The notes below the pieces were generated by a model. It was not told where the DNA came from, did no database searches, and saw only the letters and a program-made list of their open reading frames with translations. From positions 1 to 17,432 of the forward strand of contig JBHLNT010000079.1 of NCBI GenBank assembly GCA_048941265.1: 17,432 nucleotides of DNA, read 5' to 3'. Within the stretch, counting starts at the first letter, position 1. Each line of letters starts with the position of its first letter. Source of the DNA: Promethearchaeota archaeon. GTDB lineage: Archaea; Asgardarchaeota; Lokiarchaeia; Sigyniarchaeales; SOKP01. The position numbers and the translations under genes were made by a program. This document shows positions 1-9,134 of the stretch, piece after piece.

Positions 1-837
1 TTTCAATTTCTTGGTGATTTAGCTTTATTTTTAAATTATAAAAAAACGATAATAACTTGTCATGATATTTATAATTTCTTGCAAAGAAAATCCTTGAAAA
101 ATCCAATTTTTACCCAGAAATATGCATTAATGGGTTTAAAAAAATGTAGGATTATTATTGCTATATCTAATTTTACAAAAAATGAATTAATAGATAAACT
201 CAAAATTCCTGAAGATAAAATTGTTGTCATTAAAAATGCTATTAATAGAGAAATGTTTAAACAAATCCCAAAAAATAAAATTTCAGAAATAAAACCTTTA
301 TTTCCCAATTATAAAAAAATTCTATATGTGGGATCTGAGGCTGAAAGAAAAAATATTATTACACTATTTAAAGCATTTTACTTGATTAAAAGAAGGAGTA
401 AAAAATTTAAACTAATTAGAGTTGGTCCCTCAACTCATTCACATGTAATTAAATCATTAGGATTGGAAAAAGATGTTGTGTATTTAAAAAATATCACCAA
501 TCAAAGATTAACAGAAATTTATAATTTATGTGATCTATTTATAACACCCTCCTTATATGAAGGTTTTGGATTTCCAGGAATAGAAGCAGCTTCTTGTGGA
601 ACTCCTGTTATATGTTCTGAAATTCCTGTTTTTAGAGAAATTTATCAAGACTTTCCAATTTATTTTCCACCAAAAGATTATAAAACTTTAGCTAAAATCA
701 TTTTAGAAAGTATTGATAATGAGGTATTAAAAAACGAAATGAGTATGAAAGGGATTAATACTGTAAAGGCTTATTCATGGAAAGATTCAGCAGAAAAATA
801 TTTAAAATTGAATAAATTCATACTTGATAATCAGTGA
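1..837 (+). CDS. Glycosyltransferase family 4 (GT-B), 5'-truncated
   Basis: Frame 1 is open from base 1 (FQFLGDLALFLNYKKTIITCHDIY...), so the TTG at 79 is not the real start. GT4 motifs: TIITCHD, IAISNFTK, LYVGSEAERKN, PSLYEGFGFPGIEAASCGTPVI (ExFG-x4-E). TGA stop at 835-837. Confidence 0.93.
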   Translation, partial: FQFLGDLALFLNYKKTIITCHDIYNFLQRKSLKNPIFTQKYALMGLKKCRIIIAISNFTKNELIDKLKIPEDKIVVIKNAINREMFKQIPKNKISEIKPLFPNYKKILYVGSEAERKNIITLFKAFYLIKRRSKKFKLIRVGPSTHSHVIKSLGLEKDVVYLKNITNQRLTEIYNLCDLFITPSLYEGFGFPGIEAASCGTPVICSEIPVFREIYQDFPIYFPPKDYKTLAKIILESIDNEVLKNEMSMKGINTVKAYSWKDSAEKYLKLNKFILDNQ

Positions 838-838
838 G

Positions 839-846
839 TTTATATA
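839..846 (+). promoter_or_regulatory. Candidate archaeal TATA box for the FkbM gene
   Basis: TTTATATA centred about 31 nt upstream of ATG 874, with no SD sequence. The AT-rich background makes a chance match plausible. Confidence 0.3.
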
Positions 847-873
847 ATGTTGACTAAATAAAAAGAAATTAAA

Positions 874-1986
874 ATGTTAAAATTTATATCTTTAATGCTT
901 TTAAAATTTGTAGAAATTTTGCATAAGATTGTTTCATTTATACATTCTAAACTTTTCAATCAAATTCAAAATAAGAAGATTATTTTAGACCTTTTTTTTT
1001 TTGAATTTACTCAAAATTTTCTTGTGAAAATATATAACAGATTAAATCTCCAACCGAATCCTCCTTCAAAATTAACATATGACTATAAAAATATAAAGTT
1101 TATAATAAGAGACAAGACATTATTCCAAATAGCGAAGAGTATTGTGGATTATAAAATAATTCACAACATAAATATTAATGATTATATTAAAGAATTGGAT
1201 AAGAAAAGTAAAATAACAATACATACAATTATGGAAAGAATTTATTATTATTATACTCACACTCTAATGGATTTAAAGAAATTTTTCGATTTAGAAGACC
1301 TGAAGGAAAAAAGGAACGTTGATCAATTTATTGAAAATTTCAAAAAAGACTTCAAATTGCCAATTGAGAGATATGATCCCTCAGTTATTTATTATCAATG
1401 TGGATTAAAATTTATCCCAGCCAGAATAAAAAAGGGTTTAATGAATAAGGTTTTTCTGGATGGTGGTGCATTCACTGGAGATTCTTCCTTGATATTTGAA
1501 AAATACTATAATCCTAAAAAAATATTTGCATTTGAACCAGATTTTAAAAACAATAAATATATAAAAAAAACAATTGAATTAAATGATTTAAAAAAAGTAA
1601 TTCCTGTTCAATCAGGATTAAGTGATAAACCTGAAATATTGAAATTTAAATCTAGTGGAGGAACTTCACATATTTGTAATAATGGACAATTTAAAGTAAA
1701 AGTTATTACTATTGATGATTTCGTTGTAGAAAATAGAATAGATATTGGTTTAATTAAGTTAGATATTGAAGGTTTTGATTTAAAGGCCTTAAAGGGAGCT
1801 GAAAAAACGTTAAAGAAATTCAAACCAGTTTTGCTTGTTTCAATTTATCATAATGGTGAACAGTTTTTTGAAACTATAAACTATATCAAAAATCTCAATT
1901 TAAATTATAAATTTATAATAAGAAAATTAGATCCATCTCATATTTATATTGAGACTTTATTGATAGCATGGTATGAGGATAAGTAA
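874..1986 (+). CDS. FkbM-family SAM-dependent methyltransferase (probable glycan O-methyltransferase)
   Basis: VFLDGGAFTGDS (motif I), FAFEPD, TIDDFV, LIKLDIEGFDLKALKGA, KPVLLVSIYH; about 190 aa of N-terminal extension precede the catalytic domain. Confidence 0.92.
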   Translation: MLKFISLMLLKFVEILHKIVSFIHSKLFNQIQNKKIILDLFFFEFTQNFLVKIYNRLNLQPNPPSKLTYDYKNIKFIIRDKTLFQIAKSIVDYKIIHNININDYIKELDKKSKITIHTIMERIYYYYTHTLMDLKKFFDLEDLKEKRNVDQFIENFKKDFKLPIERYDPSVIYYQCGLKFIPARIKKGLMNKVFLDGGAFTGDSSLIFEKYYNPKKIFAFEPDFKNNKYIKKTIELNDLKKVIPVQSGLSDKPEILKFKSSGGTSHICNNGQFKVKVITIDDFVVENRIDIGLIKLDIEGFDLKALKGAEKTLKKFKPVLLVSIYHNGEQFFETINYIKNLNLNYKFIIRKLDPSHIYIETLLIAWYEDK

Positions 1987-2080
1987 ATTTACCTAAGGTG
2001 AAAATTCTATCAAAAGAACAATTAATTATAAAGTTATTTTTGAAAAGACTAAGAATGTCGATTTAATTAAAAGTGTTGGA

Positions 2081-3238
2081 ATGATTCCTTACTATTTACA
2101 TAAGAAATTTAATTTCAATTCAAGCATAATTACTTATAAAAATGAATCAAATTATCCCTATTTGGAAAAATATTGTAAAGGCTTAAATTTAGAGTTCATC
2201 AGAAGAAATAGAACATCCATGCATAGTATATTCTTTAGCTTCTCAATAATAAAATATCTAATTAAATATGCTAAAAAAATCGACTTTTTGAGCACATTTC
2301 ATTTAACTAATGGTTCTGTATTGTATACCATTATTTATAAAGTCTTAAACAGAAATGGATTTACATATTTAAAAACCGATGCTTTAGCAGATATTAAAGC
2401 TCATAATAAAATCAAGACCAATAATTATGTTAATTACGAGTATTATAAAAGAAATAATATAAGATCAAAAGTTAAAAATCAAATTAGATTAAAAATTGCC
2501 AAAAAAATCAATAAAATCTTTCTAAAGAGGATAAATCTGTTAAGCATTGAAAGTTCTGAAATTTATAATGAAATTAAGAATTATAACAAAATAGAAGGCA
2601 AAATAGTTTATATCCCAAATGGATTTGATGATAATCAAGTAAAAAATTTAAATCTTCATAAAATCCCTTTTAAACAAAAAGAAAACATAATTTTAACTGT
2701 AGGTAGATTAGGTACATATCAAAAAGCAACAGAGATTTTATTAGAAGCAATAACGAAAATAAAAGAATTAGGAAATTGGAAAATTGTTTTAATAGGTTAT
2801 GTTGAACCAAAATTTATGAAATACGTGGCTAATTTTTTCGAGCATTATCCTCACTTAAAAAACAAAATAGTATTTACCGGTAATATTTCTGATAGAAGAA
2901 GATTATTTGAATATTACCAAAAAAGCAAAATTTTTTGTTTACCATCAAGGTGGGAGAGTTTTGGAATAGTTTTAGTCGAGGCGGGGTATTTTGGAAACTA
3001 TATTGTAAGCACTAATATTCCTCCAGCTAGAGAAATTACTTTAAATGGAGAATTTGGAAGCTTGTTTAAAAAGGAAAGTGTTCAAGAACTAACAGAAATA
3101 CTTCAATTTTTAATATGTAATGAAAAAATACTTGAAGAAAGTTCTTCTAAAATCCAAAAACATATTGAAGAGAACTTTTTATGGCGAAATATTACTATAA
3201 ATTTATTTAAAGAAATAATTAAAAGAATTAGAACATAA
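2081..3238 (+). CDS. Glycosyltransferase family 4; true start probably upstream (about 2009)
   Basis: YIPNGFD, LTVGRLGTYQKA, CLPSRWESFGIVLVEA. The frame is open upstream to 1997 and encodes ...VIFEKTKNVDLIKSVG-MIPY, which looks like part of the N-terminal domain. Confidence 0.92.
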   Translation: MIPYYLHKKFNFNSSIITYKNESNYPYLEKYCKGLNLEFIRRNRTSMHSIFFSFSIIKYLIKYAKKIDFLSTFHLTNGSVLYTIIYKVLNRNGFTYLKTDALADIKAHNKIKTNNYVNYEYYKRNNIRSKVKNQIRLKIAKKINKIFLKRINLLSIESSEIYNEIKNYNKIEGKIVYIPNGFDDNQVKNLNLHKIPFKQKENIILTVGRLGTYQKATEILLEAITKIKELGNWKIVLIGYVEPKFMKYVANFFEHYPHLKNKIVFTGNISDRRRLFEYYQKSKIFCLPSRWESFGIVLVEAGYFGNYIVSTNIPPAREITLNGEFGSLFKKESVQELTEILQFLICNEKILEESSSKIQKHIEENFLWRNITINLFKEIIKRIRT

Positions 3239-3251
3239 AAATATTAAGAGT

Positions 3252-4472
3252 TTATTTATTTTTTAATCTTTTTCTTACGGAATTTAAACTGAAAATTGTA
3301 AGTACGTTGATAAATAATTCAATAATAATAAAATAGACCATTTTAATAAACAAACTTTTATTAAATTTAGGATATAACCCTCTCTTATAAATGCTTTTAA
3401 AAATTAGGATTCGTCTAATATTTTTAAGATAAAAGAAAAAAACCATTAATAGTCCAATTATAAACAATCCAGTATTAAAAAATAGAAAGATTGGAGATAT
3501 TAGAATATAAAAAGAAATTATTAATAAAAATATATATTTCATTACAGGAATGATTTTCCTATTTTTAACGGAATTGATTAATGAATTTGAGAGATACCTT
3601 TTTCTTTGTTCGTGTAATTCCCTAAAGTTTTTTGGATAATCAGTATAAATTGCGCTCCTATAATCAGTTAAGCAAAATATTTTATAGCCCTTTGAAATAA
3701 TATCATACCCTCTAGAGATATCTGTAGCTACAACTCGATCTTCTTCAAATTTTCCAATATCCTTTAAAACCTCATATTTCATACATGTATTAGCACCAGC
3801 TAACATTATATCATTATATCTTATGATTTTGAATCTTCCTATTCTACTAATTAAAACATATTGAACAAAATCTATATTCTCAAGAGCTTTTAATGGTCTA
3901 GATCCCGCTCCAGTTACAACTGCTTCATTTCCATTGACTATCGGATATAACATCCTTATAATAATTTCATCAGTAATATAGCAATCAGCATCAAAAAAAA
4001 ATACGATTCCTTTAGATACATAATTTAAACATTCATTTATCGCTCTAATTTTACCTTTTCCACGTATAAATTTTCCCGCTCCTCTTTTTTGCTCCAATAT
4101 TGTGAATTTTTCAAATTGTTTATAAGAATTTGCTATTTTAATTGTTTCCTCATTTCCCCCAGCATTAACAATAACATTTATATGAGGGTATGATAATTTT
4201 TCAATGGAGTATAAACAATCCTTAAATTCTTTTCCTTCGTTCCATGCAGGAATGATTATGGTTATATGAGGAAGCTCATTTAAATCATTAAGCATAATTG
4301 AATCAGGATCATAATTTTCTTTAAACCTTTTAATATATTTTCTATCCTTGGTTATTAATAGGAGGATATGATATACAATGACGAAAAATAAAGCAATTGA
4401 AGCAAATTCAATTGTATTAAATAATTCTAATAAATTATTAATACATTCTATCAAATTTTCATTAATATTCAT
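3252..4472 (-). CDS. Membrane-bound glycosyltransferase family 2 (cellulose/hyaluronan-synthase-like architecture)
   Basis: N-terminal TM helix, IIIPAWNE, GKIRAIN, FFDADC (DxD), LAGAN, QRKRY (QxxRW-like), C-terminal hydrophobic helices. Confidence 0.88.
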   Translation of the reverse strand: MNINENLIECINNLLELFNTIEFASIALFFVIVYHILLLITKDRKYIKRFKENYDPDSIMLNDLNELPHITIIIPAWNEGKEFKDCLYSIEKLSYPHINVIVNAGGNEETIKIANSYKQFEKFTILEQKRGAGKFIRGKGKIRAINECLNYVSKGIVFFFDADCYITDEIIIRMLYPIVNGNEAVVTGAGSRPLKALENIDFVQYVLISRIGRFKIIRYNDIMLAGANTCMKYEVLKDIGKFEEDRVVATDISRGYDIISKGYKIFCLTDYRSAIYTDYPKNFRELHEQRKRYLSNSLINSVKNRKIIPVMKYIFLLIISFYILISPIFLFFNTGLFIIGLLMVFFFYLKNIRRILIFKSIYKRGLYPKFNKSLFIKMVYFIIIELFINVLTIFSLNSVRKRLKNK

Positions 4473-4620
4473 TAATCCTGTATCCTGCTAATTTTATTAG
4501 ATCCAAATAATTTTTTTTTTTAAAAAATACTTAATAGGAGTGAAAATATTAATTCTAATTAGAAATTTTCTAAAGATAAATTAAACTTACCTTTTATATC
4601 TCTATAAAATAGTCTAAAAT

Positions 4621-5625
4621 TTATAAATTTCTTAAAGTAGCTTCAAGTTTTACAGATTCTTCCATAATTTGGAAGATATATTTGTCATTTTTAGTTCGAT
4701 ATAATTGAACTGCCTTTCGATTTTTAATTAAGGATTTTAAATTGAACAAATTCCAAAAAAAAGCTTTAATATATGAATAAAGAGATATAATAGTATTTTT
4801 ATCTAAATGAATAAATAATTTCAAAGTTAATCCTATTCTCTTTCCGAAATAAATAGGTAATATTTGAAATAAAGTTTTAAATTCATAATTTTTCAATACT
4901 GTTCTTAATAGATTTCTTTCACCTAAGAATTTTTTTCTAGGGGTTTCATTGCCTGTTAAATGTCCAATTTTATGAAATATAAAAGATTTTGGAGCATATA
5001 TAACCTTATATCCGAATATCCAGGCCCTCCAACAAAGATCTAAATCCTCACAATACATAAAATAATAAGGATCGAACAATGAGATTTTTTTATAAATTTC
5101 GCGCTTAATTAGTAAGGAAGCACCACAGGCATAGAAAGTTCTTTGAGCAACATTTAATAATTTATGATCTTTTTTATTTTCTCCAATATGGTGACTTTTT
5201 CCGTATTTATCACAACTACCCCCTGCATAATTGATTAAGTTTTTATCATTATAATAATATATCTTGCTTGCTACGATTCCAATATTTTGCTCAATTTTCG
5301 CTATTTTAACTAGTTCAGTTAGCCAGTTTTTATCAACATAAGTATCATTATTTAAGAATACAATATAATTACCTTTAGCTTTTGAAGCAGCTATATTATT
5401 TCCTTTGGCAAATCCATAATTGTCATTTAATTGAATAACCTTGACTTTATCATAATTACTTTTGATAAAACCTACACTATTATCTTTTGAATCATTATCT
5501 ATTAGAATTAATTCTGTATTTTCGTAATTCTGATTATATAGCGAATCAAAACATTCTTTTAGATGTTCTTGACCATTATAATTGATTACAATTACAGATA
5601 CTAATGACTCCTCCAAGGTAATCAT
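4621..5625 (-). CDS. Glycosyltransferase family 2 (WbbL/rhamnosyltransferase-like, soluble GT-A)
   Basis: VSVIVINYNG, LIDNDSKD, NYGFAKGNN, FLNNDT, CGASLLIKR, FDPYYFMYCEDLDLCWR. Confidence 0.93.
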   Translation of the reverse strand: MITLEESLVSVIVINYNGQEHLKECFDSLYNQNYENTELILIDNDSKDNSVGFIKSNYDKVKVIQLNDNYGFAKGNNIAASKAKGNYIVFLNNDTYVDKNWLTELVKIAKIEQNIGIVASKIYYYNDKNLINYAGGSCDKYGKSHHIGENKKDHKLLNVAQRTFYACGASLLIKREIYKKISLFDPYYFMYCEDLDLCWRAWIFGYKVIYAPKSFIFHKIGHLTGNETPRKKFLGERNLLRTVLKNYEFKTLFQILPIYFGKRIGLTLKLFIHLDKNTIISLYSYIKAFFWNLFNLKSLIKNRKAVQLYRTKNDKYIFQIMEESVKLEATLRNL

Positions 5626-5889
5626 CCAATATTCTAACTTACTTTATTACATTTCTTGAATTATTTAAGTATTATTATATTTTTTCAAATTGAAAATAAG
5701 AAAAAAGATCTCATCTGAGGGAATTACATTTTATAAGTAGATTAACTAAAATTCTCGTTTATTTAAATACATCTCTAACTGAACCATGTTGAATCTAATT
5801 TTTAATGGAAATTAATGATGTTCTTTAATTTAAATGAAAAATTATAGGGATTATCTAAAAATATTACTTTAAAGACTCAAACATTTATC

Positions 5890-6206
5890 ATGAAAGTACT
5901 AATTACTGGAGGAGCTGGATTTATAAGAAGCCATTTAGTTGATTTTGTATTAGCTAAAGACTATGATATCACTGTTTTTATTGTATTAAAACCTCAAGTT
6001 CATGGAATAGATGCTAAACCTCCGAACTACTTAGTAAAAGATACTAAATTCATAAAAAATGATATATGAAATAAAACCATTCTCTATATTTCTATAAAAG
6101 TAGTAGATGCCATTATCCATCTAGCAACGATGAGGGAGTTGGTCAATCAATGTATCAGATAGATAAATATGTTGATGCAAATATAACAGGTATCTCTCTA
6201 CCTTAA
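5890..6206 (+). pseudogene. Decayed N-terminal fragment of an NAD-dependent nucleotide-sugar epimerase/dehydratase (extended SDR, GxGQSMY subfamily)
   Basis: ATG 5890 gives MKVLITGGAGFIRSHLVD...KPQVHG...KFIKNDI, then in-frame TGA 6067-6069, then ...VDAIIHLAT, a frameshift near 6130, GVGQSMYQIDKYVDANITG and TAA 6204-6206. The remainder of the gene (YxxxK region) is absent. Confidence 0.9.
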
Positions 6207-6353
6207 GTTTTACTAGTAAACTAAACTCTTAAAATAAAATAAAACCTAAAATCATAATTTCAATTAAAGTAATAACAGTTTTGTTAGAAAAGATTAAAAA
6301 AAATGATTCATTTTAGCTATTCTAAAGATTAAAATAAGCATTCAGAAATTTAA

Positions 6354-7829
6354 ATGAAAAAAAGATTAATATTAATAACAATAGACTGCTTGCGAAGAGA
6401 TCGCTTAAAAGTATATGGACATAGTAAAAATATTGCACCTCATCTCAATAAATTAAGTGAGGGTGCATTTATCTTTAAAAATGCAGTAACTAATGGCCCA
6501 AATACCCCCCCATCCTTTTATGCTATGTTTACTTCCGAATTTCCATTGTTATACAATAATTATGTTCCATTACCCCCTTACAAGAAAAAAATTAGTGAAA
6601 TTCTTCAAAAGAACGGTATCACTACATGTGGAATTCATTCTAATGCTCATTTAGGCAAAATCTTCAATTATCATTTAGGATTTGATGAATTTATTGATGT
6701 AGTTGCAGAACCTCAGTTTTCTTTAAGAAGAAAATTATCAAATTCATTCTATTCATTCTTAAACCTTTTTGGCATTAAAAAACGGGTAATAAATAAGATA
6801 AAAGCCAGTATAATTAAGATATTAAATTTCGAATATATGGTTAACACATCTTATAGAGCAAATAAAACAAATTCCCCATATTCTAATGCAAAAACAATCA
6901 TAACTCACGCAATCAATTGGTTAGAGAATAATTATGAATCTAATTTTTTTTTATGGATTCATATGATGGACGTCCATGGTCCATATTATCCTCCTAAAGA
7001 ATATATTCAAAAAATTTCTAATGAGAATACATTGAAATCTTATTACCAATACTTCGAGCGTATTAATAATTTCTATCGACCAGTACCAGAGAGTTATGAA
7101 AAAAAAGATGATATGCTATGTGATATAATAACCACATTGTATAATGCTGAAATATTATATTGTGATCATTATCTTGGAATTTTATTTCAATATTTAAAGA
7201 ATAGAGATATTTATGATGGCACAACTATAATAATCACATCTGATCATGGAGAGGAGTTATTTGAACGTAATTACTTAGGTCATTCTGCCTCGCTTTATGA
7301 TGAAATTTTAAGAATACCTTTTATTTTTAAACTAGATAATTCATTAAATGAACAAAAAATAATAAATGAACAAGTACAACTAATTGATCTAGCACCTACT
7401 ATTCTAGATCTTCTTAATCTACCAAAGGAACAAGATTTCATGGGTTTAAGCTTAATTCCCTTAATAAATGGGGAAATAAATTATAAGCATACTAAATATG
7501 CATTATCAGCTTCACTTCAAAATAATAAGAGGAACTATAATGGTCTTATAAAAAGAATTAACGATTTTTATCTTTTTATTTCAGTTAGAACCTTAAACTG
7601 GAAGCTAATTTATTCAGATCAAGAGAAAAAGGTTCAATTTTTCAATCTTAAGGAAGATCCGGATGAATTAGTAGATCTGAGTGAGTCTTCTAATGAAGTA
7701 GTCTTACAATCTAAAAAAAAGCTCTTTGAAAAAATAGAACCTTTTCTAAAAAGATACAATTCAGAAGATGAAAAAATTAAAAGAGCTATTGATAAGAATG
7801 CTCTAAAATACCTAATAAAGAAACAGTAA
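6354..7829 (+). CDS. Sulfatase-like hydrolase/transferase (alkaline phosphatase superfamily)
   Basis: LITIDCLRRD, NAVTNGPNTPPSF, WIHMMDVHGPY, YNAEILYCD, TSDHGE, GHSASLYDEILRIP, IDLAPTILD, FNLKEDPDE. Confidence 0.9.
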   Translation: MKKRLILITIDCLRRDRLKVYGHSKNIAPHLNKLSEGAFIFKNAVTNGPNTPPSFYAMFTSEFPLLYNNYVPLPPYKKKISEILQKNGITTCGIHSNAHLGKIFNYHLGFDEFIDVVAEPQFSLRRKLSNSFYSFLNLFGIKKRVINKIKASIIKILNFEYMVNTSYRANKTNSPYSNAKTIITHAINWLENNYESNFFLWIHMMDVHGPYYPPKEYIQKISNENTLKSYYQYFERINNFYRPVPESYEKKDDMLCDIITTLYNAEILYCDHYLGILFQYLKNRDIYDGTTIIITSDHGEELFERNYLGHSASLYDEILRIPFIFKLDNSLNEQKIINEQVQLIDLAPTILDLLNLPKEQDFMGLSLIPLINGEINYKHTKYALSASLQNNKRNYNGLIKRINDFYLFISVRTLNWKLIYSDQEKKVQFFNLKEDPDELVDLSESSNEVVLQSKKKLFEKIEPFLKRYNSEDEKIKRAIDKNALKYLIKKQ

Positions 7830-7876
7830 CAAAAGATTTTAAGATTTTTAAAAATTTTTAATATTAGCAATAAAAA

Positions 7877-9127
7877 ATGAAAAATAGAAATATAATTTTA
7901 GGAATCGATGGTGTACCTTTTGAACTAATGGATAATTTATCAACAAAAGGGATAATGCCTAATTTTAATCAATTGAAAAAGAATTTCAATTTTAGAAAAT
8001 TAAGATCATCAATTCCATGTGTATCATCAGTCTCTTGGAGCTCAATAATAACAGGTAAAAATCCTGGAGAACATGGTATATATGGATTTACTGAAATTAT
8101 TAAGAATACTTACTCTTTAAGTTTCCCAAATTTTAATGCTTTAAAGAGTAAGCCATTCTGGATTGAGAATCCAGAGAAAAAACATATTATAATTAATGTT
8201 CCTTCCACTTATCCTGCAAAAGAAATGAATGGAATTCATATCGCAGGGTTCATTGCATTAGACCTTGAAAATGCAGTTTACCCTAAAAAATACGTACAAA
8301 AATTACATGAATTAGGATATGAAATAGATGTCGATACAAAAATTGCTCATCAACAGTCACCTGACCTTTTCTTTGATGAATTATTTAGGATATTAAATCT
8401 TAGGAAAAATACTTTTAATTTTTTATGGGAAGAGATAAAATGGGATACTTTTATGCCTGTCATAACAGGTAGTGATAGAATTGGACATTTTTTATGGCAT
8501 GTGTACGAAGATGATAAAAATCCACTTCATCATAGATTTTTAGAATATTTTCACGAAATAGATCAAATTATTGGAGAAATATATAATAAATTAAATGACG
8601 ATGATACCTTCATAATTTTATCTGATCATGGAATGGAAAAAATAAATTATAATGTAAATTTAAATACCTACCTGGAAAATCAAGGATTTTTAGTGCTAAC
8701 TGACCAATTTAAAAAGTACAATCGTATTAAAAAGGGTTCAAAAGCGTTTGTATTAGATTCTGGAAGAATTTATTTAAACAAGAGAGGCTATTATCCAAAT
8801 GGAACTGTAAAAGAAGAAGATGCAAAATTTTTGATAGAAGAATTAAATTCTCTCTTTATTGACTTAAAACTCAATAATAAAAAGATTATTAAAAAAGTTT
8901 ATAAAAAAAATGAGATATATAATGGAAAAATGATTAGTAATGCTCCAGATTTAATATTAGTAGAAAATAAGGGTTTTAATTTAAAAGCCGGAATTGGAAA
9001 AAAAGACGTTTTTGAAAAAGAAAAAGATTTTTCAGGAAAACATAATGAAAATTCATTCATTTTAACAAATAAAGAGATTGACATAAAAAATCCAACTGTA
9101 GAGGATGTTATAAGCTTATTGGGATGA
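7877..9127 (+). CDS. Alkaline phosphatase superfamily protein, type I phosphodiesterase/nucleotide pyrophosphatase-like
   Basis: ILGIDG, SSIPCVSSVSWSSIITGKNPGEHGIYGF, NVPSTYP, DRIGH, LSDHG, APDL, SGKH. Confidence 0.9.
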   Translation: MKNRNIILGIDGVPFELMDNLSTKGIMPNFNQLKKNFNFRKLRSSIPCVSSVSWSSIITGKNPGEHGIYGFTEIIKNTYSLSFPNFNALKSKPFWIENPEKKHIIINVPSTYPAKEMNGIHIAGFIALDLENAVYPKKYVQKLHELGYEIDVDTKIAHQQSPDLFFDELFRILNLRKNTFNFLWEEIKWDTFMPVITGSDRIGHFLWHVYEDDKNPLHHRFLEYFHEIDQIIGEIYNKLNDDDTFIILSDHGMEKINYNVNLNTYLENQGFLVLTDQFKKYNRIKKGSKAFVLDSGRIYLNKRGYYPNGTVKEEDAKFLIEELNSLFIDLKLNNKKIIKKVYKKNEIYNGKMISNAPDLILVENKGFNLKAGIGKKDVFEKEKDFSGKHNENSFILTNKEIDIKNPTVEDVISLLG

Positions 9128-9134
9128 GATTTTA

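Noticed and set aside
3239-3251. Intrinsic hairpin terminators at convergent junctions (also 10969-11022)
   Set aside because: No stem-loop is visible; the gaps are short and A/T-rich, so no terminator can be called.
5682-5696. Palindrome TTTTCAA-A-TTGAAAA as an operator (also ATTTTTAAAAAT near 7845-7856)
   Set aside because: Short, almost purely A/T, not repeated elsewhere in the window and expected by chance at this composition.
5626-5889. ncRNA, tRNA, CRISPR array or IS remnant in the largest non-coding gap
   Set aside because: No GC-rich stems, spaced repeats, terminal inverted repeats or transposase-like translation were seen; it is most simply a divergent promoter region.
6067-6069. 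In-frame TGA as selenocysteine or recoded stop in the epimerase fragment
   Set aside because: The same fragment has a frameshift, degraded motifs and a truncation; the position is typically Arg; TGA serves as a normal stop at 837, 9127 and 10968.
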